Positions 45,901 through 53,579 of a stretch of 64,000 nucleotides of DNA are shown here, one piece after another. The notes below the pieces were generated by a model, which was not told where the DNA came from, did no database searches, and was given only the letters and a program-made list of their open reading frames with translations. The stretch is from Elusimicrobiota bacterium (GTDB lineage: Bacteria > Elusimicrobiota > Elusimicrobia > F11). Positions within the stretch are counted from its first letter, which is position 1. Every line of letters starts with the position of its first letter. The position numbers were made by a program, and so were the translations under genes. Location: the NCBI GenBank assembly GCA_044221725.1, contig JBGAON010000003.1, positions 480,001 through 544,000 on the forward strand, given 5' to 3'.

Positions 45901-46089
45901 GATGATGTAGCGCGACGTGGCGGTTGCGCTACTGCTTAAGTCGGGCACCGCCCAGTTAAGGGCGACCGATCCTTCGGTGGTTCCAGGGCTCGCAGTTAAA
46001 TTGTTGATAGCGTTGGGTGTGGCGTTTGCCATTCCCACGCAAAAAAAAAGACTCAGTGTTAAACCGGTTGAACGTACGTTAGTAATCAT
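39904..46089 (-). CDS. Giant surface protein (~2060 aa), paralog of the C-terminal two-thirds of the 3457-aa protein
   Basis: Signal peptide, FN3 (NNLTASPG...VALNW), carboxypeptidase-regulatory-like repeats (GTVRDSSGNPVPNVRI), C-terminus INFPNPF...EWDGRND...VASGTY...KMAVLK. ATG 46089 preferred (track start 46101). Confidence 0.88.
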   Translation of the reverse strand: MITNVRSTGLTLSLFFCVGMANATPNAINNLTASPGTTEGSVALNWAVPDLSSSATATSRYIIKYRTNSTPISTDSEFSAAQRIEEPPLNLAAPNPSTPGSTEATFNLTNLQPGADYSFSIKCEDSSGNRSTLSNGTTVQARPPCGLNANDGAGSAVLAPLTMHIGQLVQTTMTYTVALAGIQLGGRIVMQIPDFYAAPSTATGSGYSFPGLVSWATTSGTATLQLSLNGQKIILTVISGQLNSGDVVKIFYAAQTCQTPTTTTFRVSSRYQTCGTDVALSSFNGSMVLNSGQPTFLNFEPFEIVTPLNTDAAFDIAVKDGCGNNVAAANPISINLSAVRYIGGGQTSDTTAELSTNAAFSPSAISLSDSLSPPATRKTYHYRTNNVAANEQKYVQLQSVFGNSNYMANVHPINGGITNSSVDKGTYLATQKSVTFDPGKNERAYINFTLPQDLSWRVFFSSDNFVTIAKTVYGYGTSIRTSWDGFADPLPGSPPSIAQPATYAVRILVGSSIKDETCAVTLQSAGVQGTISAVNPDAVDVQMYGPTNRYTRTLPSGNYTIYGIGAGNYTLRFFKSGYIYKETTVTVTDGVIATVPTITLTQAAILRLSVTRPANAALPDITGNARANNSDYSKQAYGTVRFRSGKTVSDAGDDYNVTPTSFTDLYLEPSVAYKVTLEVPSHALDTFNITLPGTGVTHMTRTLVRQPTVEGKITLPTGSNAQGLWVSVEAAMDANSDLNPDDNDFSKRIYGGVYIPPGDVNGTYRIFGLANGTYVLSTWAQGFIRKKINVTVTGSDVTFPAADFPTLSQGGTVTGTLTVKGDSTILDSLDGTSDGLFSVPINIFSPASGFGNYTQIQLPTNATQTNGGFQIKGLEDGTYNMFIYEPGFGLNPPSGPSIIVSGGSGSVNLMLEQFSGKISGKITLPSGRSDYGTVEIEALGFNNFGQRPTATPDGSGNYEISGLGTDFYTVRARYPFTKLVVSQSVQITNGQTTKRDLDLSGQTYSISGRVTSTASNPYTISYIVNSSTPTQTQTPSGQGTLNANRVVATQLRGRNFNPRSNGNANSIFYDPKETFVGFYDANGDYTISGLAPGSYRLTTNGEIDGDLSDHNEVSETQIIAYISNQNLIGKDMTVSDGYKVSGTVRLGGGQTETGRQLNVMLMDSNGNLLTQNTVNLTGNSVGYSLDKVRPGNYVLTVRDSYPQKYSSKDQSVTVLASDLTNKEIQLVNSGLIKGRFQIKKSGVVISASNYSQYFTTDLHVEARSNPQIPGGYGSSQMPLIDSNGYFNVAVNPGTYDILVRAFAPPTEADIAAGKKQFVPITKSGITVSEGETKDLGFISLDEGIQITGTVRDSSGNPVPNVRITAQGARRNGHNDDNNLETFTNDSGKYAFHGIDSADERYYLFTAARRPDPFDTRYIGDTGLGRYGQVIRGPIDTQNITNVDFTLQPATSKITAHVGTSDGGQMLVPFGEEGDDNLPGAYVILNHLPDKPQDNPLGDLFDAVSGDGQMNVTGLAAGVYDLFILSRGYGSVAKRNVTVAPNQAVDLGTLTLPAGYTLSGKITKSNGDSVSQKELESVLAVRDNFNEISIAKMVNDASGNLLSYAIAGMQPNKAYTIVGFDDSNTIISLATNVTLKSDTSLDLTFQTPTPGGLAQSIRNNDGTFTIIYKFDDTLRNSDTDLDSNGVKDDNELFTLTTGAGTLSAPTISSDRRQAQATYTPGAGDSSFVITVHGTFVSVDDKTGTNHTINGPFTFFVGIARQNTVTLTNANGGKVDLSQANDGSSFTASAGFLGDDDTATADVVLKAAATQSALSSSALRGSRLGALDVAGRLGMKSYPSEMAAAMSRLKTLDVSPLSSFYDVFLPAGVSHFFPEGKSARICLTYDSSVPDPSVLNIYYYNSATNEYVLESTNKAVDTDNTRVCADIAHASVFTILGSSASIITGGGYTGELAIINFPNPFNLKQKTVTLQNPGTASASQSINGTMLKMSIPTTIAGTAQIQIFDVAGELVRTLHTPLTSGAHNYLEWDGRNDHDEPVASGTYIGRFTVDGGNEKFFKMAVLK

Positions 46090-47296
46090 AAGTGAATCCA
46101 AATTGGTACTCGGCGTTATGATAGTTGTACTGATAAACCTGTTCGTAATTGTTGTTGGATTTACTTTGACCGAAGCTTGTCGTGGTTTTTACTCGGAAAT
46201 TGCGGGACAACGGATAACTGAATCCGAGGTTCAAGTTTTGTTCGATCAAGCTTAGTTTCTCATTCATGTACGTACCGTTCTGACTTTGAATCACGCGTGA
46301 CGTGTAATTGCGATGCGAATAACTGTAGCCAAGATCAATGAGCATCGGCGCTTCGAGTTTGCTTCCAAACGCAAACGTGAGCTGGGTTCCAATCGCGTTC
46401 TGCGCATAATCGTAATAGTTGCCGACAAATTGAGTTTGCGTCGCGTCATAATGGTTCTGATTTGAATCCAAGCTCGTGTATCCGTAGAACACCGATGTAA
46501 CTAAACGCGTGCGCTGAATCGGAGCGAACACGCGATCAAGTGAAATATTGTTTCCGATGAACAGGTCCTTTCGCTTGGTTTCTGTGAGAAGTCCCGTCAC
46601 GGCCACGACATGTTGATCGGTATAATCGCGTGGCGATAAAAATGTTTGCAGCGAACCGGTCATTTTCCAGAAAAGAGGCGTGCGCATGCGCAAGGAGAAC
46701 AAATGAATCCGGTTGTCCAAAACATTTGTGCCCGCAAACTCGCGCGCATTGTCGGAGCTTTGGCCGGATTCCAGAGAAACATAGTTAGGAAATCGCACGA
46801 ACGAGAAGTCGTAACCCAAGCCAATCGAGGCTTTTTTGCCCCAATGGCGTTCAATTTCTGTCCCGACATTCATGATTCGATAGTCGTAAAGTCCATGATT
46901 CCAGGTTTCATCCACGGTTTCGCGAAACCACTTAAATCGGTATCCGGCGTTCTCTTTGAAACTCCAGTTGTCGTTTAGATTGTGAACACCTTTTACGTTC
47001 ACGCCGTTTTCCCACGTGTCGTGAAAAAATGTGTTTCCGCCGGCCAACTCTTCGGCGCTGCGCGTGCCACGATAATTCGTTTGCAACGTCGGAAGAACGC
47101 TAAAGCTATTTGAAAACCGCACGGCCGGTACAAACGTCAAAGCCAGGTTGCCGGCCAGGTCGCTCTTGTTTCCATCGAAATACCACTGGCCCGTTGAAAA
47201 CAAACCGTTTACCACCGGAATGTACGTGGTTCCACTGCGTGCGAATTGTGCCGAGCTTATTCCAAGCAAAAACATCAGTACCGAGCGTGCCTTCAT
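46079..47296 (-). CDS. Outer-membrane beta-barrel protein of unknown family
   Basis: Signal peptide; many alternating aromatic strands; C-terminal BAM-type signal YQFGFTYDY. Confidence 0.75.
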   Translation of the reverse strand: MKARSVLMFLLGISSAQFARSGTTYIPVVNGLFSTGQWYFDGNKSDLAGNLALTFVPAVRFSNSFSVLPTLQTNYRGTRSAEELAGGNTFFHDTWENGVNVKGVHNLNDNWSFKENAGYRFKWFRETVDETWNHGLYDYRIMNVGTEIERHWGKKASIGLGYDFSFVRFPNYVSLESGQSSDNAREFAGTNVLDNRIHLFSLRMRTPLFWKMTGSLQTFLSPRDYTDQHVVAVTGLLTETKRKDLFIGNNISLDRVFAPIQRTRLVTSVFYGYTSLDSNQNHYDATQTQFVGNYYDYAQNAIGTQLTFAFGSKLEAPMLIDLGYSYSHRNYTSRVIQSQNGTYMNEKLSLIEQNLNLGFSYPLSRNFRVKTTTSFGQSKSNNNYEQVYQYNYHNAEYQFGFTYDY

Positions 47297-47312
47297 TTCC
47301 CCTCTTCGCAGA

Positions 47313-48956
47313 CTATTGAATCAAGCCTGATTTGGTTCCAATCCGCGGATCGATCACAAGACGAATCGACCGCGAACCCATTTCCGTCGATGTAAAATTC
47401 TGTTGGTAATTCCACTGTTGAAGTTCTTCTTTGTATTCGGCGCTCGTGGGTGCGCCGCTAAACTCGCTGGCGGCGGCAATGCTCCCTTGATCGTCGATGA
47501 TGTAGTTGTCGTAAACGAGTTTTGATCCGTCGGAATAAAACAAACTTAGTCGGTTATAAAGTTGGCTTGTGCCGTTCGGATATTCGCTGATGGTGGTAAT
47601 CGGTGAATTTGAAAACGTGGCGTCCAAATCGACGGCGAGCGTGTTCGTGACGCCGGACTTTTTCGCGTACGCTGTTTTTGACGTCGTGTTCACGAACATT
47701 GAATAATCGTTGTAGCGGGACTTCCAATACGTATCACCCGAGGCCAAGTTGTGGTAGCTGCCCGACACCGAATCGAGGACAGCGATTTGCAGCGCCTCGT
47801 CTTTGTTGGCGGCCGACACAATCGAAAAGGAGTCCCGAATCGGGTTGTAGATTTTGTACGAACCGTCGGACTGAAGCGCTGCTGCTTCAATCGTGCGCGT
47901 GTGGGAAGTATCCGCGTTGTCGGTCAGCGTGTAATTCGTTCCGTCGTAATCGATTTTTACGAGGTGGCCGCCCGTGGCGCTGTCGCGAACGTTATCGACG
48001 GTGTTGGAAGCGTAGGTTTCGTAGTCCGTGAGATAATAGTCCGGCGCGGTTGTTCCCAGCTTTCCGCCGATTTGTTTCAGCGCAACGGAAATATCATCGG
48101 GAAGATTTTGGTTGAACGTGCCCTTGTAAGTGTAATAATCGAAACGGGTTGGACGTTCGTTGAGCACGACCAGCTTAAATTGATCCGCGCGCGGTCGCGT
48201 GATGTAGGACTCGACGCGCACGCGCGTTCCATCGACGTCCACCAGAGATTTCCCTTCCTGGTAGTCTGCCTGGCGTGATTCCTCGGCCGCCATCGAGACT
48301 ACGTTTTCTTTCACCCGAGCGATCTGGACTTCGTTGTGCACGAGTTCACGGTCCATTGGAATTCCGCCGGAGCGGATTGGGTTTCCGATTTCCCCTTCGA
48401 GTCCGAATCGAATTTTCTCCCCCGGATTCAAAAGTATTTCACTCGAAAGCGCCCCGAGTTTCGAAACGCCGACTTGACCTTCGTTCACCTCAACGTTCAT
48501 CTCTTCGCCGTTTTCGGAAACTTCGACTTCGAAGTCCGTACCGCGCACGCTGGCCACGCCGACCGGTGTTGTTATTTGAAAATTATTTCCTCCTTTAACT
48601 TTGGCCACAATCGCACGGATACGTCCGCGCAACAGCTTGATTGTTTTTTGAACACTGGAAAGTTTTTCGACCTCTGCCTGGGAGTTTTGAAGCAGCAAGA
48701 CGCGGCTGCCATCGGCGAGCTTTACTTTTGCGACGGATCTTTTTCCGGTGCGGATTTTATCGTCTTGAGACAAGGTGGCTTTCGTTTGCGCTTTCTTCCA
48801 ACTGTTCGTTCCGGCTTTAAATACATCGACTTGACGAGTAACGGCTTCCACGCGGCCGGTGATGGGTTTGGCGGCGGGCGCGGAATCTTTGGATGGCTCC
48901 GCAAAGACGGAATAGGCCAAGGTTGAGATCAGAAGTCCAACAGCAAATTTTTTCAA
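47313..48956 (-). CDS. Secreted FecR-domain protein with long C-terminal extension
   Basis: Signal peptide; DKIRTG...LADGS...LLRGRI...ITTPVGVASVRGTDF...VNEGQV...LNPGE (FecR beta domain); ~350-aa unassigned tail. Confidence 0.82.
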   Translation of the reverse strand: MKKFAVGLLISTLAYSVFAEPSKDSAPAAKPITGRVEAVTRQVDVFKAGTNSWKKAQTKATLSQDDKIRTGKRSVAKVKLADGSRVLLLQNSQAEVEKLSSVQKTIKLLRGRIRAIVAKVKGGNNFQITTPVGVASVRGTDFEVEVSENGEEMNVEVNEGQVGVSKLGALSSEILLNPGEKIRFGLEGEIGNPIRSGGIPMDRELVHNEVQIARVKENVVSMAAEESRQADYQEGKSLVDVDGTRVRVESYITRPRADQFKLVVLNERPTRFDYYTYKGTFNQNLPDDISVALKQIGGKLGTTAPDYYLTDYETYASNTVDNVRDSATGGHLVKIDYDGTNYTLTDNADTSHTRTIEAAALQSDGSYKIYNPIRDSFSIVSAANKDEALQIAVLDSVSGSYHNLASGDTYWKSRYNDYSMFVNTTSKTAYAKKSGVTNTLAVDLDATFSNSPITTISEYPNGTSQLYNRLSLFYSDGSKLVYDNYIIDDQGSIAAASEFSGAPTSAEYKEELQQWNYQQNFTSTEMGSRSIRLVIDPRIGTKSGLIQ

Positions 48957-49015
48957 TCCAAGCTCCTTGTTCGCCCAGCACGGGCGGATTAGGGGTGAGC
49001 TCGTGCACCGTCTAA

Positions 49016-49044
49016 AATGTAGAGGAGGTAGAAGGGGCTTTCAA
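49016..49044 (-). promoter_or_regulatory. sigma70-type promoter for the FecR-barrel-giant protein-PorV operon
   Basis: Minus strand TTGAAA-17 nt-TACATT; AAGGAG RBS before TTG 48956. Confidence 0.55.
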
Positions 49045-49081
49045 GGACTTTGAAAAGAATGAAATTGTTAAGACAGACTGA

Positions 49082-49888
49082 TTATTTGACGCGATTTGTT
49101 CGAAAAAGTTGATGGGCGTTGCGGGTGGTGATCTCGGAAAGTTTTTCTGCCTCAATGTTCAAATGCGCTGCTAAACGATCGCCGATAAGAGGCAGATACG
49201 CCGGTTCGTTTCGCTGCCCACGATAATTTTGCGGTGGAAGATACGGACTGTCCGTTTCTATCACAAGATGGTGCGGGGCAATGCCGGCCAGGGCGTCGCG
49301 CAGAGACTTTGCGCTCGGATAGGTTATCGGTCCGTCGACGCCGAGATAGAAACCGAGCGAAATCAATTCTTCGGCGTTCGCGCGATCGCCCGAAAAACAA
49401 TGCACGACGCCCGGAGAAAATTCTCTGCTCGGATTCGCAAAATATTCCCGTAGGATCGGCATGAGGTCGCTGTAAGCTTCCCGGCAGTGGATGATAAGAG
49501 GCTTGTGGGTCTCAATTCCAAGTTCGATGGCCCTACGAAACGCTTTGATCTGATCAATCGGCGGAATTGGGCATTTGGCGTAATCCAGGCCGACTTCGCC
49601 GATGGCCAAAAATTGCGGATGGCCCGTGAGCGTTTTTAGTTGGGCCCATAGATCGGGTGAGGCCTTGTCGGCGTAATAGGGGTGGAGGCCGGCCGCCCAC
49701 CAGACCTTGTTCGGATATTTCTCAGCGAGAGCTTTGGCTTTTGGCCATTCGTCGGGACCATCGGCAATCTCGACGATCGCCGACAATCCCGATGAAAAAG
49801 CGCGTTCGATAACCGCATCGCGGTCAGCGTCGAATTTCGAATCGCTGAGGTGCGCGTGCGTTTCGAACCAAATGGGTCCGTGGTTCAA
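49082..49888 (-). CDS. tatD: TatD-family hydrolase/DNase
   Basis: ETHAHL, GLHP, AIGEVGLDY, IIHCRE, VVHCFSG, IETDSPYL, RNEP. Likely TTG start at 49888 overlapping the FKBP stop. Confidence 0.92.
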   Translation of the reverse strand: MNHGPIWFETHAHLSDSKFDADRDAVIERAFSSGLSAIVEIADGPDEWPKAKALAEKYPNKVWWAAGLHPYYADKASPDLWAQLKTLTGHPQFLAIGEVGLDYAKCPIPPIDQIKAFRRAIELGIETHKPLIIHCREAYSDLMPILREYFANPSREFSPGVVHCFSGDRANAEELISLGFYLGVDGPITYPSAKSLRDALAGIAPHHLVIETDSPYLPPQNYRGQRNEPAYLPLIGDRLAAHLNIEAEKLSEITTRNAHQLFRTNRVK

Positions 49889-50361
49889 TTGATGCTGAGC
49901 AGCTCCACGTCGAAATGAAGTTCCGAGTTGGGCGGAATGACATTTCCGGCTCCACGTTCTCCATAACCGAGCGCTGGCGGAATGATCAGTGTTCGTTTTC
50001 CTCCCACTTTCATGGTGGAAACACCTTCGTCCCAACCTTTGATCACTTGGCCCACGCCAATGACGAACGTGAACGGTTGCCCCCGATCGACCGAGCTGTC
50101 AAATTTGGTGCCATCTTTCAGCGTGCCGGTGTAATGCACCGTAACGCGTTGGCCGGTTTTGGGTGATGGACCGGTACCGACCTTTGTATCGATATATTCA
50201 AGACCCGTGGATGTTTTCATAATTTTTCCTTTGTTGGTGGCTGGGGCAGGCGTTGGAACTTTGCTAGGCGAAGACGGTTGAGTCTCGAGTGAACGCGAGA
50301 CCGCTGGCGAAAAAAATAACGCAGCGGTCAACGCAACGGCAGCAACGGACAACGATCTCAT
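49885..50361 (-). CDS. Exported FKBP-type peptidyl-prolyl isomerase
   Basis: VTVHYTGTL..GTKFDSS, GQVIKGWDEG, IIPPALGYG, IPPNSELHFDVELL; signal peptide. Confidence 0.95.
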   Translation of the reverse strand: MRSLSVAAVALTAALFFSPAVSRSLETQPSSPSKVPTPAPATNKGKIMKTSTGLEYIDTKVGTGPSPKTGQRVTVHYTGTLKDGTKFDSSVDRGQPFTFVIGVGQVIKGWDEGVSTMKVGGKRTLIIPPALGYGERGAGNVIPPNSELHFDVELLSIN

Positions 50362-50405
50362 TGGGACCTCCAGTTGGGATTTTTTAGCGTAAGAACGATA
50401 GGAAA

Positions 50406-50897
50406 TTACGGGAGCGTTTGCAGGTGTTTAAATTCGAGAAGCAAACCATCGTCAATATTAACGAGAAGGTCCGTTCGTTCTGGCTTTTTGCACATTGTGA
50501 AGAACGCGCATTCCGCGCCGACGCAGGCATTTAGCGAGTGTTGCTGGATGCGTTGTTCACAATCGATGTAATGGTTGGACATTTTTGTGAGTCGCTCGAT
50601 CCACGCGGGTTCGAGGTTCAGGAATTCCAATCCATGCAAATACTGGCGATCTTTTGGAATCATGTGCCGAATTGTTGTTTTGGATTTCAAAACCGAGTGG
50701 TCCGGAAACGTGATCGAAAGATTTGCGTCCGTTCCTTGCGGAATGATTTGACCGATAAGCATTGAAATTCCACCGGCCGAGAGGTCAATGAGTTTTCCTT
50801 TGATCGGTTTTCCGATGTAAGGCGGAAAAGGCGTCAGCGTAACCGGTCGATTAATGAACGCGGTTGCGGAAAATCGCTTATGTTTGCGTCGTTCCAT
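50406..50897 (-). CDS. PilZ-domain (c-di-GMP receptor) protein
   Basis: ERRKHKRF (RxxxR) and IDLSAGG (DxSxxG), HGLEF. Confidence 0.85.
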   Translation of the reverse strand: MERRKHKRFSATAFINRPVTLTPFPPYIGKPIKGKLIDLSAGGISMLIGQIIPQGTDANLSITFPDHSVLKSKTTIRHMIPKDRQYLHGLEFLNLEPAWIERLTKMSNHYIDCEQRIQQHSLNACVGAECAFFTMCKKPERTDLLVNIDDGLLLEFKHLQTLP

Positions 50898-51011
50898 GCT
50901 GCAAATATAGCTGCTGAGAAAGATAAATCCGTGATATCACGGTGACGGTTTTGTGGCGAAAAAGTTAATCTTTCAAAACTTTGTTGGGTAAAACATTAAG
51001 GAGGAAGAAAA

Positions 51012-51629
51012 ATGCTGAGTATTAAGAAATGGGTTGTAATGACAGTGTGTTTGGTAGCTGGTGTGAGTGGTGTGCGTGCGGCCACTTACGAGATTGATCC
51101 GTCTCATTCGCAAGTGGGTTTCCGCATCCGTCACATCGTCTCGAGGGTTCGCGGCAGCTTCAATGATTTTTCAGGCAAAGTCGATTTCGATCAGAAAAAA
51201 CCGGAATCTCTTGCCGCCAACGTTGTGGTTAAGACGGCAAGCGTGAACACAGCCAACGAAAAAAGAGACGAACACCTTCGCAGCGCCGATTTCTTCAATG
51301 TTCAGAAATATCCCGAAATGACATTCAAAACAACGAGCGTAAAATCAACCGGCGACGGCAAACTGGATATCACTGGGGACCTTACGATGCTCGGAGTGAC
51401 GAAGCCGGTGGTTTTGCACACCGATGTGTTGGGCGTCGGAAACGATCCGTGGGGCAACGAACGGGTTGGTTTTAGCGCGACAGGGACACTGAACCGGAAA
51501 GACTACGGAATGGTTTTCAATATGGGAGACAAAGGCGGCATGGTCATTGGAGACGATGTGGAAATCTTGCTTGAGGTTGAAGCGGTGAACAAACTGGCAG
51601 CAAAGCCCGCGCCCGCAAAAAAGAAATAA
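51012..51629 (+). CDS. yceI: YceI-family exported lipid/polyisoprenoid-binding protein
   Basis: YEIDPSHSQVGF, RDEHLRSADFF, GDLTMLGVTKPV, DPWGNER. Confidence 0.93.
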   Translation: MLSIKKWVVMTVCLVAGVSGVRAATYEIDPSHSQVGFRIRHIVSRVRGSFNDFSGKVDFDQKKPESLAANVVVKTASVNTANEKRDEHLRSADFFNVQKYPEMTFKTTSVKSTGDGKLDITGDLTMLGVTKPVVLHTDVLGVGNDPWGNERVGFSATGTLNRKDYGMVFNMGDKGGMVIGDDVEILLEVEAVNKLAAKPAPAKKK

Positions 51630-51631
51630 TT

Positions 51632-52018
51632 CTAGGAGAGTAAGGTTTTGACGGCGGCGATGAACTCATCGCCCTGGAACGGTTTGTTCATAAAAGCGCT
51701 CGCGCCGAGATTGTTGGCAAGCCCCAGGTCGGTTTTTTTATCGACCGCCGTCATGATCATGATTTTTGGAAATTGATTTTCCTTCTTCTCTTTCCGTAGC
51801 CGTTCTGCCAAATGCTCCATGAACATGTATCCATCCATGCGCGGCATGTTCAAATCCAAAATCACGAGATCGATGTTGCGTTCCGTCAAAATTTTCAAGC
51901 CGTTCACGCCGTTGTTTGCGGTGATCACGTCATAGCCGCGCCCTTCGAGCATTTCTTCCATCGCTTCAGCGACAATATCTTCATCGTCAACCACCAAAAT
52001 TGTTTTCGTCTTTTTCAT
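51632..52018 (-). CDS. Single-domain response regulator (receiver only)
   Basis: ILVVDDE, LDLNMPRMDG, MTA, NKPF. Confidence 0.92.
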   Translation of the reverse strand: MKKTKTILVVDDEDIVAEAMEEMLEGRGYDVITANNGVNGLKILTERNIDLVILDLNMPRMDGYMFMEHLAERLRKEKKENQFPKIMIMTAVDKKTDLGLANNLGASAFMNKPFQGDEFIAAVKTLLS

Positions 52019-52064
52019 ACATTATCTGTAACGGCAGAACGGGTGGTTGTCAACAGCAAAAACT

Positions 52065-53579
52065 TTATTTCGGACGAGTCCCCAAGCGCATAAAGAGAGG
52101 ATCGCCCTTTTCGACGCGCTGTTCGTTCGCTCGAAATTTCGGCAGTTCCCCTTTCGCAAACGACGTGAGGAGCGATTTTCCCTCTTCCGTGATGGAACCC
52201 GTTTCGCCGAGACGCTTCCACATTTCTTCAGTTTTCGTTGGCATGAAAGGGTGTAGAAAAACGGCGAGTGTTTTTAATACGCACAGGCACTCGCACAAGA
52301 TGTTGCCGAGTTTTTCTTTTTGTTCGACGCTCAACTTCCACGGCGCTTGTTCATCGATGTACTTGTTCGTTCGCATCATGACACCGAACAGCGTTTCGAG
52401 CACGGTACCGAAGTCCAGCGCGTTGTAGCTCGCGGTAATCGATTGGGTGAGAGCGGCCATATCCGAAAGGATTTCGCTTTTGGAAAGCGACACCGGAATA
52501 TGTCCGTCAAAGTTTTTCGTAAGCAACGTTGTGGTTCGTTGGAAAAGATTTCCGAGATTGTTAGCCAATTCCGCGTTGTAGCGATTCAGTAGGGACTTTT
52601 CCGAGAAATCACCATCCGCGCCGAACGGCACTTCACGCAACAAAAAGTATCGAAACGCGTCGACGCCATAAATCTCCGACATCTGAACAGGGTTTACCAC
52701 GTTCCCCAGTGATTTTGACATCTTCGTTCCGTCCACGGTCCACCAACCGTGCGCGAAAACCTTTTTGGGCAGCGGCTTGCCGAGCGCGAGCAACATCGCT
52801 GGCCAAATGACGGTGTGAAACCGGAAAATTTCCTTGCCCACAAAATGAATGTCCGCGGGCCAGGCTTCCTGCGGCGGCGCAGAAATATAATTGAGCAAAG
52901 CGTCGAACCAGACGTAAACGGTGTGTGAAGGGTCGGAGGTGATGGGCACGCCCCAGCTAACGCGCGTGCGTGATACGGAAAGATCTTTGAGGCCGCCCTT
53001 CACGAAGTTGATAATTTCGTTTGCGCGATGTTTCGGTGAAAGGAAGCCCGGGTTTTTTTGATAGTGATCGAGCAATGCGGATTCGTACTTCGAAAGATGG
53101 AAGAAGTAACTTTCTTCTTTTAGTTTCTGAACGTCGCGCCCGCAGCTCGGACATTTTTTATCGACGAGTTCGGATTCGGTGAAATAGGTCTCATCATGAA
53201 CGCAATACCAGCCTTCGTAAGTCCCTTTCGTGATATCGCCGGTGGTTTTCAGCTTTTCAAACACCTGTTGCACGACCGTTTTGTGGCGCGTGTCGGATGT
53301 TTGAATAAAGTCATCGTAGGAGATATTGAGCGTTTTCCAAACGGATCGATATTCGTTCGCAATGCGGTTCACAAACTGCTGCGGTGTCTCGCCGGCCTTC
53401 TCGGCGGCGGTCGCGATCTTTGCACCGTGTTCATCGGTCCCGGTTAGGAAAAAAACTTTTTCTCCGGACAACCGTTTCCAGCGCGCCAAAACATCGGCCG
53501 CAATCGTCGTATAAGCGTGGCCGATGTGGGGCACGTCGTTCACATAATAGAGTGGCGTTGTTAAATAAAACGGTTTCAT
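52065..53579 (-). CDS. metG: Methionine--tRNA ligase (short form)
   Basis: TTPLYYVN..PHIGH, GTDEHG, DLSVSR, YVWFDAL, KMSKS. Confidence 0.96.
   Translation of the reverse strand: MKPFYLTTPLYYVNDVPHIGHAYTTIAADVLARWKRLSGEKVFFLTGTDEHGAKIATAAEKAGETPQQFVNRIANEYRSVWKTLNISYDDFIQTSDTRHKTVVQQVFEKLKTTGDITKGTYEGWYCVHDETYFTESELVDKKCPSCGRDVQKLKEESYFFHLSKYESALLDHYQKNPGFLSPKHRANEIINFVKGGLKDLSVSRTRVSWGVPITSDPSHTVYVWFDALLNYISAPPQEAWPADIHFVGKEIFRFHTVIWPAMLLALGKPLPKKVFAHGWWTVDGTKMSKSLGNVVNPVQMSEIYGVDAFRYFLLREVPFGADGDFSEKSLLNRYNAELANNLGNLFQRTTTLLTKNFDGHIPVSLSKSEILSDMAALTQSITASYNALDFGTVLETLFGVMMRTNKYIDEQAPWKLSVEQKEKLGNILCECLCVLKTLAVFLHPFMPTKTEEMWKRLGETGSITEEGKSLLTSFAKGELPKFRANEQRVEKGDPLFMRLGTRPK

Noticed and set aside
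46041..46049. T9 tract in the signal-peptide region of the ~2060-aa gene as a slipped-strand phase switch
   Set aside because: Runs of 7-8 A/T are common in this window (e.g. in ftsB and at ~13106) as Phe/Lys codons, and the frame is intact.
47313..48956. Classical FecIRA iron-signalling locus
   Set aside because: No ECF sigma factor, no TonB-dependent receptor, and the FecR protein has a cleavable-looking signal peptide rather than a cytoplasmic anti-sigma domain.
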